NCBI GenBank assembly: GCA_041753315.1
Contig: JBGSUV010000142.1
Location: 139 to 64,138, forward strand
DNA length: 64,000 nt
Source of the DNA: Pirellulaceae bacterium
Lineage (GTDB): Bacteria > Planctomycetota > Planctomycetia > Pirellulales > Pirellulaceae
Direction of reading: 5' to 3'
Each line of letters begins with the position of its first letter. Within the stretch, counting starts at the first letter, position 1. This document shows, one piece after another, positions 9,172 through 21,254 of this stretch. The translations under genes and the position numbers were made by a program. The notes below the pieces were generated by a model, which searched no databases, was not told the DNA's origin, and saw only the letters and a program-made list of their open reading frames with translations.

Positions 9172-11628
9172 TCACGGGGAAGCACCTGCATTACGTATCC
9201 AGTTGGAAACGGGTTCTGCTGGACACCATCCGTCCGTTGGAGGGGGGGCGAGTTCCAGAAAGCGTTGTAGGTCAGACGGTGTGCGTGGCAACCAAATCTG
9301 TTGAGCTTCAAGCTTTTTGTCCTGGTGCGGAGTCTGATCGCTTAATTGTACCGCAATCGCGAGTTCTGTCTGAGCCTCCTCCCACCGTTCTTGAACCGCC
9401 AGAACCGTCGCCAACTGCAGATGCAATTGGCAATTGGTAGGATGACGCGCAATAGCCATCCTGTAAAAGTCGGCGGCACCTCGCAAATATTTTATCTGAG
9501 AAGTCTGGGCAAGCTCTGCTCTGGCAGCCATCTCCAGGGCTCTGTCGCCGGCGAACTGCCAGTTCAAATAGTTGGCAGTATCGCGTTCTAGCCAGTCAAC
9601 AATCGCTTCCCAAGCTGTCGTCGCAGCGCGAGGAAACAGATCAGCCGATTCATTGATTGCTCGCGCAATCAATAGCTGGGCAACAAACTGCGCACGATCG
9701 CTGTCGAGCGGATCTGCCCGTTGTGCCAATCGAGCCAACTCGAGTTGTTCGTTTGGCCCGCGTGCCACAGTTGCCTGTTGAACATAAGCCCAACTTGCTG
9801 TAACCGGCATCCAACTTTGGAAAATAAAAGCCACGACACCCGCCACTGGGAGCGCGACCGTAAGGACTGCATCTCGCACCCCGAGCGGAGCATGCGACGG
9901 CGCTGCGACCGATGTCGGTCGCAGGCATAACAACAAGATCAACAGTGGCACTGCGATGCCAGTGGCTTGCCACGAACCACTGGCTAATAAACAAACTAAC
10001 ATGGCAACTGCCGCTGCACGGAGTGCGCCCGCAGGTTTGCTTTGCAATTCCATCAGTAGTGGTCGCGTCCGCCAACCGAGCGCGACGGCCACCAATGCGG
10101 CAACTAGCAGCGACGCAAGATCGAAGCCAGACAAGAGTACGAGCAACAACAAACAGATCGCTCCACCGAACCCGGCGCCCCAGATAAACCACTTTGCAAG
10201 CTCGGTATCGCGTTTTTCCATTTCGACGTTCGCAAGGCGATCGGAGTGCTCGAGTCCACTACGTAGTATGCTCCCGCTCGCTTCCGAATCAGCATCAGGC
10301 CGACGTGCGGTTATTGCCCTCACTCGAGGTCCTGTGCTCAGAAGTTGCCAAAACAACCAAACGCAAATGATGGTGGCCATCGGAATCGAAAGCGTCGCTG
10401 CAATGTCAAGGAGCCAGTTGTGGGGATCGGCAATCGTTTCACTCGCCGTCGGCAACATGTACGTCGGATAAAAGCTCTGAAAATTCCCCAAGCCGACGCC
10501 TCTCCACCCATGCTCAAGCAACATCCGCCACGTTGCTCGCCAGTAGTCGAGGCGAAACGCAAGGCTTTTCCCTGCTTCACTTAAGACAAATCGATCATTC
10601 AACAACAGCCAAATACCACCAGCGACGACAAAGAATAGTACGGCTATCGCAGCGCGACGAACCGACTTCAATGATCTCTGCCGTACGCTCGGCGCCAATT
10701 CGGACTTTTTAAGTTGAGCACTCCATACTGCTTGAAGTCCCCATAACGCTAATGCAAACAAAACGGCCAAGTAGGCAGTCCGGCTTAGGGTCAGGAACCA
10801 AGTGGAACCGATGAGCGCGATGCCAAACAAAAGAATCGATTTCTGAGGCCAGCGTTCGAATAACAATGTTGTGCGCTGAAAGACGGTTCCGGCGATTCCC
10901 AACGCCAGGATCAACCCGGCACTCAGCACGACCGCCAAGGAGTTGGCCAGCGCAAAGGTGGCGTGCGGCTCTGGACTGGCGAGTCTGTCTTCGAATCGCT
11001 TGCGAAGTGGAGAACCAGGTGGCGCGTCGATCCCAGCGCGTTGCAAGAACTCCTCGGGATCCGCTGCGTATTGTGCGCGAGCTTGAGGGAACTCGATCAT
11101 CACTTGATAGAGGCCCACAACGGCCGTGGCGTAACATCCGATCAAGCAGACCTGCAACGCAGCCGCTCGACATCTTGAGCCTTGTAGCAGCCCGCGTCCG
11201 ACATAATAACAAGTTGCCAAAGCCATGCATTGCCAGAATCCAAACCAGGCGGTACGCGGATTGGTGTCGAAACCAGCTCGCCAGCTAACAAATATCAGCC
11301 ACCCGATACAACTGACCAGCAACCAACGTTCCCAGGACGGCAAACGTATTCCGCTTCCGACGATAGCGGCACCCGTCGCTGCACAAACTCCGGACAGGAG
11401 CCAGAACAAGTTCTGAGCCTGAGCGTCACCCACAAAACAACTGGTCGCATCTTGTGGCGCAAGAAAGGCCCAACTGAGTAACATTCCGAATAACCAGGCA
11501 CTGATCCGCCAAAGGTTCGTACCGATACTATTCAACGGTGCAGTTGCATCCGCTCCTGCCCCTTGGTTCGGTACTTCATGGCCAGAGCGTGAGCCTGACG
11601 AAGTGCGTTTCTTGGTTGCCGCCCTCAA
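9172..11628 (-). CDS. O-antigen ligase family membrane protein with TPR-like C-terminus
   Basis: Many TM helices; TFALANSLA, SRTAYLA, GVGLGNF and DPHNW motifs. Confidence 0.8.
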   Translation of the reverse strand: MRAATKKRTSSGSRSGHEVPNQGAGADATAPLNSIGTNLWRISAWLFGMLLSWAFLAPQDATSCFVGDAQAQNLFWLLSGVCAATGAAIVGSGIRLPSWERWLLVSCIGWLIFVSWRAGFDTNPRTAWFGFWQCMALATCYYVGRGLLQGSRCRAAALQVCLIGCYATAVVGLYQVMIEFPQARAQYAADPEEFLQRAGIDAPPGSPLRKRFEDRLASPEPHATFALANSLAVVLSAGLILALGIAGTVFQRTTLLFERWPQKSILLFGIALIGSTWFLTLSRTAYLAVLFALALWGLQAVWSAQLKKSELAPSVRQRSLKSVRRAAIAVLFFVVAGGIWLLLNDRFVLSEAGKSLAFRLDYWRATWRMLLEHGWRGVGLGNFQSFYPTYMLPTASETIADPHNWLLDIAATLSIPMATIICVWLFWQLLSTGPRVRAITARRPDADSEASGSILRSGLEHSDRLANVEMEKRDTELAKWFIWGAGFGGAICLLLLVLLSGFDLASLLVAALVAVALGWRTRPLLMELQSKPAGALRAAAVAMLVCLLASGSWQATGIAVPLLILLLCLRPTSVAAPSHAPLGVRDAVLTVALPVAGVVAFIFQSWMPVTASWAYVQQATVARGPNEQLELARLAQRADPLDSDRAQFVAQLLIARAINESADLFPRAATTAWEAIVDWLERDTANYLNWQFAGDRALEMAARAELAQTSQIKYLRGAADFYRMAIARHPTNCQLHLQLATVLAVQERWEEAQTELAIAVQLSDQTPHQDKKLEAQQIWLPRTPSDLQRFLELAPPPTDGWCPAEPVSNWIRNAGASP

Positions 11629-12758
11629 TGCTGTTCTGCCTTACGTCCCGCCGATTCAAGCACATGAACCAAGCTAAGAACGAGTAACGTGCCAACTACG
11701 ATGATCCCTGCTCCCACCACATCGACGCGCGGCAGCAGTAAAGCCGAAAGCGAACAGGTGGCCGTTGCCAGGTAGATCGTCAACACAGCTTGCTTCTTGG
11801 ACATCCCCAAGTCAACCAAGCGGTGCGAAAAGTGACGTTTATCCCCTTCAAATGGACTCCTGCCCTCGCGAATCCGAATCGTGATGACACTCACCAAGTC
11901 ATACAAGGGGATCGCCATCACAATCAGTGGAGCGACGATCGCATGCGGTGTTGCCCCTTGGTAGCCAGCATAAGTGGCGAGCAAACTGGCGACGGCGATC
12001 CAAAAACCGATGAAATAGCTCCCCGCATCGCCCATGAAAATCTTGGCGGGCGGCCAGTTGTGGCATAGGAATCCTAAGATGGAACCGACCAAGACGAATA
12101 ACATCGCCGCCACAAAGAGCTGCGGTTGACCACTGTTTGGGCCCGGGCTGGTCAGCAACATCACTGCCAACATGCTGCTCGAAATGGCTGCCACTCCGCC
12201 ACTCAAACCATCCATGTTGTCGAGCATGTTAAACGAGTTGATCAACGCCACAATCCACAGCACACTGAGCAACGACGTCAGCCAAGGCAATTCGATAAAG
12301 GCCGTTAATTGCAGGCCCTGCCAATAGACGCAGAAGCTAGCGACTAAGAACTCGACGCCCAGTCGCAACCACCAGGGGATGCCATGGCGATCGTCCATAA
12401 GTCCTAAGAACATCAAGACCGTGCCACAGCCAACGATAACCCAAATCTCTCCCAGCTTGTCGAGCAATCCGCCAAAGTGCTCGGTGATATCCGCTGGCAA
12501 CCAAGCTGCCACTACGGGCGTTCGAGCGGCAATCAAAACGGCCAGGGTTCCTGCGCCTAACGTCCCCACGACGCCTATCCAAATTCCGATTCCGCCTCCC
12601 AATGGAATGGGCGTGGAATGAACTTTGCGAGCCCCGGGGCGGTCGAGTAATCCCAGTCGCAAGGCGGCGCGACGCACCCCACCGACACTCAGCCAAGATA
12701 TCAGTGCGCTCGGCACAAGTACCGACAACATGAGCAATAACATTGCCGGAAGTGACAA
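11625..12758 (-). CDS. MraY/WecA-like glycosyltransferase family 4 (undecaprenyl-phosphate GlcNAc-1-P transferase)
   Basis: GLMDD, NSFNMLDNMDGL, FMGDAGS and HFSHRL motifs. Confidence 0.9.
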   Translation of the reverse strand: MSLPAMLLLMLSVLVPSALISWLSVGGVRRAALRLGLLDRPGARKVHSTPIPLGGGIGIWIGVVGTLGAGTLAVLIAARTPVVAAWLPADITEHFGGLLDKLGEIWVIVGCGTVLMFLGLMDDRHGIPWWLRLGVEFLVASFCVYWQGLQLTAFIELPWLTSLLSVLWIVALINSFNMLDNMDGLSGGVAAISSSMLAVMLLTSPGPNSGQPQLFVAAMLFVLVGSILGFLCHNWPPAKIFMGDAGSYFIGFWIAVASLLATYAGYQGATPHAIVAPLIVMAIPLYDLVSVITIRIREGRSPFEGDKRHFSHRLVDLGMSKKQAVLTIYLATATCSLSALLLPRVDVVGAGIIVVGTLLVLSLVHVLESAGRKAEQH

Positions 12759-12775
12759 AGTAGTCTCCGATCAAC

Positions 12776-13327
12776 TTAGGCACTTGTCGCGCTGGCCTGG
12801 ATCCGCCGCTTCAACAAGTCGCGTGCCTCGATAAAGAATGCCTGAAAATCCGCCCGCTGATAGTCTGGATAGGTCCAGGGCCGAGACTGCCAGCGATGAT
12901 CAAGATAGTACAAACATTCCTCGGCGTAGATACCATCCGACATATAAATCCGATGGGCTCGGTCCTTTGCGCTGGCCAACACCAGCTTTGTCAGGGTGAG
13001 ATAGCCAGGATCGACGTTCAGTGGACGTGGCTCGGGGTAACAGCTCGTCCCGGCCAATTCCGCTTCCCAAGCATTGCTTTCAAGTTTCGAGCTGGGCAGT
13101 CGCGCTGGGTCATAAAAGCCATCGACTATCAAAAATTGTTTCAGCAGTTCCGGTCCCATCTCGGTTTGGTAATAAGTCGTTTCGCTATGATCAAATCGCG
13201 CACTGGCAATTGCCACTGTTCCCCAGTTCGCATCCACCTGATCCTGTGCCCAATCCAGGGCAGCTTCATAGCGACTAAAGATCGCTACCAACTGAAGCGT
13301 TGGAGGTGGAGGTTTTGGTTCAGCCAT
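12776..13327 (-). CDS. DUF4416-like hypothetical protein
   Basis: TTYYQTEMG, RPLNVDPGYL, HRIY and PWTYPDY motifs recalled for this family; start at MAEPKPP (13327) or 13354. Confidence 0.6.
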   Translation of the reverse strand: MAEPKPPPPTLQLVAIFSRYEAALDWAQDQVDANWGTVAIASARFDHSETTYYQTEMGPELLKQFLIVDGFYDPARLPSSKLESNAWEAELAGTSCYPEPRPLNVDPGYLTLTKLVLASAKDRAHRIYMSDGIYAEECLYYLDHRWQSRPWTYPDYQRADFQAFFIEARDLLKRRIQASATSA

Positions 13328-13361
13328 CGCATTTTCACCCGTGTCTCGTTTCAAACCCTCA

Positions 13362-13703
13362 ATTTATAACCTGTTCCGATCGCAGCAATGTAGAACAATT
13401 GTCCCCAGTTGTTTGTCTGCGTCCGCGCGACACTTGTGTCCGGTTATAAATGGGGGTTAAAAATCCCGGACTCGACCGCGGGCGTCTGCAGAACCACGTT
13501 TTTGCAGGTGACCGGAGGCGTGGGAAATCGCACTAAACTGGCGGCTTGGTATTCATTTTTAACCCCCATTTATAACCTGTTCCGACCGCGGCAATGTAGA
13601 ACAATTGTCTCCAATTGTTTGTCTGCGTCCGCGCGGCACTTGTGTCCGGTTATAAATGGGGGGTTAAAATCCCGGACTCGACCGCAGGCGTCTGCAGAAC
13701 CAC
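13362..13703. repeat. Two tandem copies (period 206 bp) of a ~190-200 bp element with internal 22-bp inverted repeats and a central REP hairpin
   Basis: TTTTTAACCCCCATTTATAACC ... GGTTATAAATGGGGG(G)TTAAAA arms around GTAGAACAATTGTCCCCAATTGTT; first copy truncated on the left, second on the right. Confidence 0.9.
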
Positions 13704-13711
13704 GAATGCAA

Positions 13712-14506
13712 TTAGTGACCGTGGAGCGTCTTGAACGTGACTGAATGTAGACCAATGTTTATCCACTTCACCGCTCGAAGGCTTGTGTGCTCAAGCATGC
13801 TGCGCAAATGAATTTCGTATGCGGACCTTTCCAAATCTAATGCTGTAAGCTGTATGGCGACGCCTTCCGACGTGGTTCTAAAAGTATGGTCACATAGTTG
13901 CTGTCGCCTTCCGAAGACGGGGATCTTTCGCAGCACTTTAGCTTCACCACCTAGATAGTGTGTCAAAGCAGATTCGTACATGGACACTTGAAGGCCTACA
14001 CCCCAATCTCGAATAAGTTCGACCATGAATTCCAAGACATCAGCTGAACGCGGCAGTCGATTGTCCCAGTCAGCGGTGCAGACCTTAAACTGCTGCCGTT
14101 GAATCAGCCTGGAGGTGCAATTCACAAATGGGTGTTCGATAACATCGGAGCCAAAATTCACCAATTTTCCGTGACTTACTTCAAGCATTAATAGGTAGTT
14201 GTAAAGTTGACCGACGTGCCTAGGAGTTAATACGTCAACCGACTTAAACTCAAACGGCCCGCAGCGCGCCACCAGAGTGTCGAGAAATTTTGTGGTCCTA
14301 TAGTCTCCGTGAGCCACTATGATCGGAAACTCATTTTCGACGTCATTTCGACAGGAAGCTAGCTCGCGTTTGTAGACCTTTTCGTCGAATAACTTGCCGA
14401 ATCCGTTTCGAATCGCAAAAACAGTTCGCATTACGTCGTAGGCCAGTTCCGCAAACTCAGCTTGTGATATTTGAATGACAGGATGAATCGAATAGATCGG
14501 CATCAA
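13712..14506 (-). CDS. GxxExxY (PD-(D/E)XK-like) family protein
   Basis: GKLFDEKVY motif, FEFKSV...QLYNYL, duplicated half-domain organisation. Confidence 0.85.
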   Translation of the reverse strand: MMPIYSIHPVIQISQAEFAELAYDVMRTVFAIRNGFGKLFDEKVYKRELASCRNDVENEFPIIVAHGDYRTTKFLDTLVARCGPFEFKSVDVLTPRHVGQLYNYLLMLEVSHGKLVNFGSDVIEHPFVNCTSRLIQRQQFKVCTADWDNRLPRSADVLEFMVELIRDWGVGLQVSMYESALTHYLGGEAKVLRKIPVFGRRQQLCDHTFRTTSEGVAIQLTALDLERSAYEIHLRSMLEHTSLRAVKWINIGLHSVTFKTLHGH

Positions 14507-14527
14507 AGCTCTCCTGTAATCGGAGCA

Positions 14528-14732
14528 AAACTGGCGGCTTGGTATTCATTTTTAACCCCCATTTACAACCTGTTTCGACCTCGGCAATGTAGAACAATTG
14601 TCCCCAATTGTTTGTCTGCGTCCGCGCGGCACTTGTGTCCGGTTATAAATGGGGGGTTAAAAATCCCGGACTCGACCGCGGGCGTCTGCAGAACCAAGTT
14701 TTTGCAGGTGACCGGAGGCGTGGGAAATCGCA
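14528..14732. repeat. Third, complete copy of the ~200 bp element, followed by an inverted REP at 14741-14763
   Basis: Near-identical direct repeat of 13362-13703. Confidence 0.9.
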
Positions 14733-14785
14733 GCAAAAAAACAACTGGGGACAATTGTTATACGTTCGAACTGGCAGCAGGCATG

Positions 14786-16303
<1,518 letters not shown>

Positions 16304-16466
16304 AATTTCGGATACGATTTTTGCATTGCGTTGCTGAGCATTTCTCAGCAGGTGTGTGAATATGTCGAGCCGAAATTCTAAGCCATTGTGGTCAGATCAG
16401 TTAGCCCGGTTGAATTCAAAACGTGCAGGACTTGCAACACTCATAAACCGAGTCATAATACGGCAC

Positions 16467-16541
16467 ATGAACACCCTTGCCTTTGCCTACGATTTTGCTT
16501 TTGGACCCGCGTTTCGCGACGGGGCTGAGCAACGTATGTAA
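16467..16541 (+). CDS. Putative Phe/Tyr-rich attenuation leader peptide MNTLAFAYDFAFGPAFRDGAEQRM
   Basis: 24 codons with F6, Y8, F10, F12 and F16, directly upstream of a terminator and aroF. Confidence 0.75.
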   Translation: MNTLAFAYDFAFGPAFRDGAEQRM

Positions 16542-16568
16542 AGGGTTCGACCTGACTACTGAAAACTC

Positions 16569-16605
16569 AAGCCCCGATGATCAAGCGATCTTCGGGGCTT
16601 TTTTT
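16569..16605 (+). terminator. Rho-independent terminator (attenuator) upstream of aroF
   Basis: AAGCCCCGA-TGATC-AAGC-GATC-TTCGGGGCTT stem followed by a T-run; alternative pairing with 16520-16529. Confidence 0.85.
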
Positions 16606-16662
16606 ATACCCAGCTCTTAATGTTTCAACATTTCAATCAGCCAACTAACAAGTGAGAAAACA

Positions 16663-17685
16663 ATGATCGTTGTCATGGAAAAAAATGCCACCGAAGAACA
16701 AATCACCCATATGACTCAGCGCGTTCACGAACTGGGGCTCAAAGCACATGTGATCCGCGGGACAGAACGCACGGTCATTGCGGCCGTCGGCGACGAACGC
16801 ATTACCAAGGCGGAGTCGCTTGAAAGTGGCCCGGGTGTATCCGAGGTATTGCCCATTTTGGCGCCCTACAAAGTTGCCAGCCGCGAACTCAAGCCGGAGC
16901 CTACACAAATCCAGGTCCTTGGTTTCAAGACTGGAGCGGGCGTCGTGGGCGTCATGGCTGGGCCCTGTTCGGTCGAAAGCGAAGAACAGATCGTTTCTTC
17001 TGCACATGCGGTCAAGAAGGCCGGAGCAACCGCTCTTCGCGGCGGCGCTTTCAAACCACGCACCAGCCCCTATAGCTTTCAAGGCATGAAGGAAGAAGGG
17101 CTCAAACTGCTCGCCCTGGCTCGTCAAGAAACCGGTCTGGCTGTGGTCACCGAAGTTATGAGCACCGAGGAAGTTGAATTGGTGGCAAAGTACTCGGATG
17201 TCCTGCAAATTGGGGCTCGCAATATGCAAAACTACCGATTGCTCGAAGCGGTAGGAAACTCCGACCGAGCAGTGCTGCTCAAACGGGGGGCAAGCGCCAC
17301 CATCGACGAATTCTTGCTCGCTGCCGAGTACATCCTCAATGAGGGCAACTCGAATGTCATGCTCTGTGAACGCGGCATTCGCACCTTTGAATCTCATACT
17401 CGATTCACGCTTCCGCTGGCGACCGTCCCTTATCTGCATCGCAAGACGCACCTTCCAGTGATCATCGACCCCAGCCACGGCACGGGGCACGCGTATTTAG
17501 TTCCCGACATGTCGGTAGCCGCCATCGCTGCGGGAGCCGATGGGCTAATTATCGAAGTGCATCCGACTCCCGAAACGGCTGCGTCGGACGGTTATCAATC
17601 GTTAGATTTTGCCCAGTTCGCGGAGACGATGGCTCGCTGCGCCAGAGTTTCAGTAGCGGTCGACAAACAAATGTGCACGCTTTAA
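16663..17685 (+). CDS. aroF: DAHP synthase, type I-beta with N-terminal regulatory domain
   Basis: [31 protein letters not shown] and DPSHGTG motifs. Confidence 0.95.
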   Translation: MIVVMEKNATEEQITHMTQRVHELGLKAHVIRGTERTVIAAVGDERITKAESLESGPGVSEVLPILAPYKVASRELKPEPTQIQVLGFKTGAGVVGVMAGPCSVESEEQIVSSAHAVKKAGATALRGGAFKPRTSPYSFQGMKEEGLKLLALARQETGLAVVTEVMSTEEVELVAKYSDVLQIGARNMQNYRLLEAVGNSDRAVLLKRGASATIDEFLLAAEYILNEGNSNVMLCERGIRTFESHTRFTLPLATVPYLHRKTHLPVIIDPSHGTGHAYLVPDMSVAAIAAGADGLIIEVHPTPETAASDGYQSLDFAQFAETMARCARVSVAVDKQMCTL

Positions 17686-17907
17686 TCACCCCGCGACCAC
17701 TCGTCGAGTTCGCTAACCTGCTCCCATGACCTCGCCGCAACTCTCCAAAGTGGGAAGGCTAGGTTGGGCCAGATGGACGCAGCAAGCCTCTATGTGGAAA
17801 TATTGGTAGAATGAACATATTGTCGCATTGACGTGAAACCCCGTCGACGAAGCGCTGGAATTTTGAGGGGTACACTGTACCCGCCGCTCGCAAACAGGAG
17901 TTGAAAC

Positions 17908-18696
17908 ATGCTCAATCGGAACTGGTGGATTGCCGCAGCCCTTATCGGAGCGGTAAGCCTGGCCATTGTTGCTGGCAACGCATCTCCCGAATCCAGCGAA
18001 TCCGTTTTAACCCAAAAGGCTCAGGTGGTCGCCGTTTTTCCACACGATCCCCAGTCGTTCAGCCAAGGATTGGTGGTCGAGGGAGAGACCATTTATGAGG
18101 GAACTGGTAAGTATGGAGCGTCGGCGCTGCGCAAAATCGACTTGACGTCGGGCACGGTGATTGGCGAGGTACCGCTCGACCAACAATTTTTTGGCGAGGG
18201 AATCACCATCTTTGGAAACCGAATCTATCAGTTGACTTGGAAGGAACGCGCCTGTTTGGTGTACGAAAAAGAGACGTTGAAATTTCTTGGTACGTATCAG
18301 TATGCCGGTGAAGGCTGGGGGCTGACCGACGACGAAAAGTATCTGTACATGAGCGACGGCAGCTCGACACTCCAAGTTCTTGACCCACGCACGATGAAAG
18401 TTGTCAAACGGCTGCCGGTAAAAGATGGGCGACGACGGATCGAAAAGCTAAACGAACTCGAATTTGTTGATGGAGAAATCTATGCCAATATTTGGTACGC
18501 CGATGAGATCGCTCGAATCGATCCGAAGACCGGTAAAGTGCTCGGGTGGATAGATTGCAGTTCAATTTTCCCAATTCGCGATCGACCTGACCGCGAGCAT
18601 GTACTCAACGGTATTGCCTACGATCCTGAAACCAAACGTCTATTTGTCACCGGCAAATATTGGCCGAAGCTGTATGAGATTAAAGTGAAGCCGTGA
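17908..18696 (+). CDS. Glutaminyl-peptide cyclotransferase (beta-propeller type)
   Basis: SFSQGL, FGEGIT, EGWGL, LNELE, ANIW and VLNGIA motifs. Confidence 0.9.
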   Translation: MLNRNWWIAAALIGAVSLAIVAGNASPESSESVLTQKAQVVAVFPHDPQSFSQGLVVEGETIYEGTGKYGASALRKIDLTSGTVIGEVPLDQQFFGEGITIFGNRIYQLTWKERACLVYEKETLKFLGTYQYAGEGWGLTDDEKYLYMSDGSSTLQVLDPRTMKVVKRLPVKDGRRRIEKLNELEFVDGEIYANIWYADEIARIDPKTGKVLGWIDCSSIFPIRDRPDREHVLNGIAYDPETKRLFVTGKYWPKLYEIKVKP

Positions 18697-18701
18697 GTAG
18701 A

Positions 18702-18839
18702 GTAGAGCGATTGTCCCCAATCGCTTCCAAGAATGTAATTTGTCCCAATCGCTTTTGGAAACGATTGAGACAATCGTTCGACACTGGTCGCATCCGGCAG
18801 ATACGACCCACCTGGTCGCACCCGGCAGATACGACCTAC
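18702..18839. repeat. REP cluster: inverted family-A doublet plus two family-C copies
   Basis: GTAG-AGCGATTG-TCCC-CAATCGCT (18702-18725), a reverse variant near 18760-18782, and two minus-strand GGTCGTATCTGCCGG(A/G)TGCGACC copies (period 28 bp). Confidence 0.75.
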
Positions 18840-18933
18840 TACACAGTCTCCGCGCACTTGGTAACATCATTCTTAATAACATCGGCGATTTTGACTTCCC
18901 GATTCGAGCTCAACTTTAACGGACCAGACTCCC

Positions 18934-19671
18934 ATGGCGCATCTTGGCGTCAACATTGACCATGTGGCAACGATTCGCCAAGCGCGACGGACTTATGAGC
19001 CGGATCCGGTGCATGCGGCTGCGGTTGCGCTGTTGGGGGGGGCGGAAGTCATCACAATTCACTTGCGGGAGGATAGGCGTCACATCCAGGACAGGGATGT
19101 GCGCATTTTGCGTGAGACGGTTCCCAGCGGTTTGAATCTCGAAATGTCCTGCGAGCCGGAGATTATCCACATCGCTTGTGAAGTTCGACCCGATTTTGCG
19201 ACGTTGGTTCCAGAGCGGCGCGAAGAGGTAACCACCGAAGGGGGACTTGATGTCATCGGTGACCCCCAACGTGTGATGGAAGCAATCGAGCGTTTGCACG
19301 AGGTGGGAATACCGGTCAGTCTATTCATCGACCCTGATTTATCGCAGGTCGAAAAAGCGGCTGAACTGGGAGTTGCTGCTATTGAATTGCACACCGGTTC
19401 CTACGCCTTGGCAAGTGGCGAGGATCAGCAGCGCGAACTAATGCGACTGGTAACTGCCGGGCAACTGTGCACGGAGTTGGGGATGCACCTTCATGCAGGT
19501 CATGGATTAAATTACCTCAACGTAATCCCAGTCGCACGAATTGCTGGCATGCGGGAGCTGAATATTGGTCACAGCATTATCGCCAGGTCGGTATTCACCG
19601 GACTCAAAGAAGCTGTCGCCGACATGAAACGACTGATCGAATCAGCGACCGCCGTCCCTCGCGTTGGGTAA
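18934..19671 (+). CDS. pdxJ: Pyridoxine 5'-phosphate synthase
   Basis: [23 protein letters not shown] and ELNIGHSI motifs. Confidence 0.97.
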   Translation: MAHLGVNIDHVATIRQARRTYEPDPVHAAAVALLGGAEVITIHLREDRRHIQDRDVRILRETVPSGLNLEMSCEPEIIHIACEVRPDFATLVPERREEVTTEGGLDVIGDPQRVMEAIERLHEVGIPVSLFIDPDLSQVEKAAELGVAAIELHTGSYALASGEDQQRELMRLVTAGQLCTELGMHLHAGHGLNYLNVIPVARIAGMRELNIGHSIIARSVFTGLKEAVADMKRLIESATAVPRVG

Positions 19672-19856
19672 GCAACCGAGAACTGAGCGCAGATGCGGTT
19701 TGCACTGAACCCAAGTTCCGTTGGACCCCTCTGTGCTAATAAGCCAACTCGACGGAAAGTTGGTTCGCCATTGGATTCATCACCAAGCCAAGCGCTCATT
19801 CAAACCAAGCACTCATAATACGAAGAAATCTCCGACAACTCGAAGACGAAAACAAT

Positions 19857-20753
19857 ATGACACAACGCAAAGGCTCTGCATACGCCGGACTATCCGTAGC
19901 CATCATCACGCCGCTGAAGAACGACGTGTTAGACATCGGTCGACTGCGCGAGCAGATTGAATTTCAGATCGCCGCGGGGACCACGTGCTTGGTCCCCGTT
20001 GGTACCACAGGCGAATCGCCGACACTGTCGCACGAAGAACACGAGCGTGTGATTAGCGAGACGGTGCGCATTGCTGCAGGGCGTGTCAAAGTGATGGCAG
20101 GGACGGGCAGCAATTCAACCGCTGAAGCTCTGCGACTGACTCGCTGGGCTGCCAAAGAGGGCGCGGATGCATCACTGCAAGTTGCACCGTACTATAACAA
20201 GCCAACTCAAGAGGGGTTCTACCAGCACTTCAAAGCCATTGCAGAAGACGTGTCGTTGCCGATCTGCGTCTACAACATCCCAGGCCGCACGGGTAAGAAC
20301 ATTGAACCGGAGACGATTGCGCGGCTGGCCGAAATCCCAAATATTACTATGGTCAAAGAGGCAACCGGTTCCCTCGATCAATGCACTCAGATACTCAACA
20401 CCACGGATCTTACTGTCCTGAGCGGTGACGACAGCCTGACGTTGCCGATGATGAGTGTCGGGGCAGAAGGCGTTATTTCGGTAGCTGGAAACATTGTTCC
20501 TCACGACGTGATTGCGATGGTCAAAGCGGCCGCTTGTGGCGACTTTCAACAAGCCCGAGAGTGGCACCACAAGCTGTTTCCACTTTGTCGCGACATGTTA
20601 GGGCTCAGTACCAATCCCATCCCGGTCAAAACGGCCATGCGTTTACTCGGTCGAGACGCCGGTGAACTGCGGTTGCCGATGACCGCCTTGACTCCTTCGG
20701 AAGAAAATCGCCTGCGCGAGACACTGGCGAATTATGGCCTTCAGAACTTGTAA
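19857..20753 (+). CDS. dapA: 4-hydroxy-tetrahydrodipicolinate synthase
   Basis: GTTGES, PYYNK, YNIPGRT and KEA motifs. Confidence 0.96.
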   Translation: MTQRKGSAYAGLSVAIITPLKNDVLDIGRLREQIEFQIAAGTTCLVPVGTTGESPTLSHEEHERVISETVRIAAGRVKVMAGTGSNSTAEALRLTRWAAKEGADASLQVAPYYNKPTQEGFYQHFKAIAEDVSLPICVYNIPGRTGKNIEPETIARLAEIPNITMVKEATGSLDQCTQILNTTDLTVLSGDDSLTLPMMSVGAEGVISVAGNIVPHDVIAMVKAAACGDFQQAREWHHKLFPLCRDMLGLSTNPIPVKTAMRLLGRDAGELRLPMTALTPSEENRLRETLANYGLQNL

Positions 20754-20903
20754 GCGGTTGCAATCCGCATAGTCGGCACAATCTATCGTGATCAACCGTT
20801 TCTCGATGGTTGATCGGCCGCGACGGCGGATTTGATGGTAGATACAACCTAGGTTTGCTCAGCCCCACAATTCAGAGGACTGAGCCAACGAGGATGCCCC
20901 CAC

Positions 20904-21254
20904 GTGAATGCACAGCAACTGACCATGAAACTGGCCAAATTAAGGCCAGACTACGCACCTGCTGAACAGTTGCGTATTGCACTGCTATTAGCATTGCAGA
21001 ATCCAGACCTAAGTGTCTTTGAAAGCGATGCCGACTTAGAGCGGCAGTGCCAAGAAATTGGGCTGCAGTTAAGCGCGACATCCGATCAACATGCTGCCGT
21101 CGCCGACGAACTTGACTCGCTCGCTATGACAGCTCCGTGCGATTTCTCCCCCAACCATTTGTGGACGCTCGTACGCGCCATCAAGGTCCAGAATCAGATT
21201 ATCAATCTCTACTTGGGACCAACTACAAGTTGCGACGAAGTGCTAGAGAAATAG
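20904..21254 (+). CDS. Hypothetical protein
   Basis: 116 aa helical ORF filling the gap between dapA and mgtE. Confidence 0.6.
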   Translation: MNAQQLTMKLAKLRPDYAPAEQLRIALLLALQNPDLSVFESDADLERQCQEIGLQLSATSDQHAAVADELDSLAMTAPCDFSPNHLWTLVRAIKVQNQIINLYLGPTTSCDEVLEK

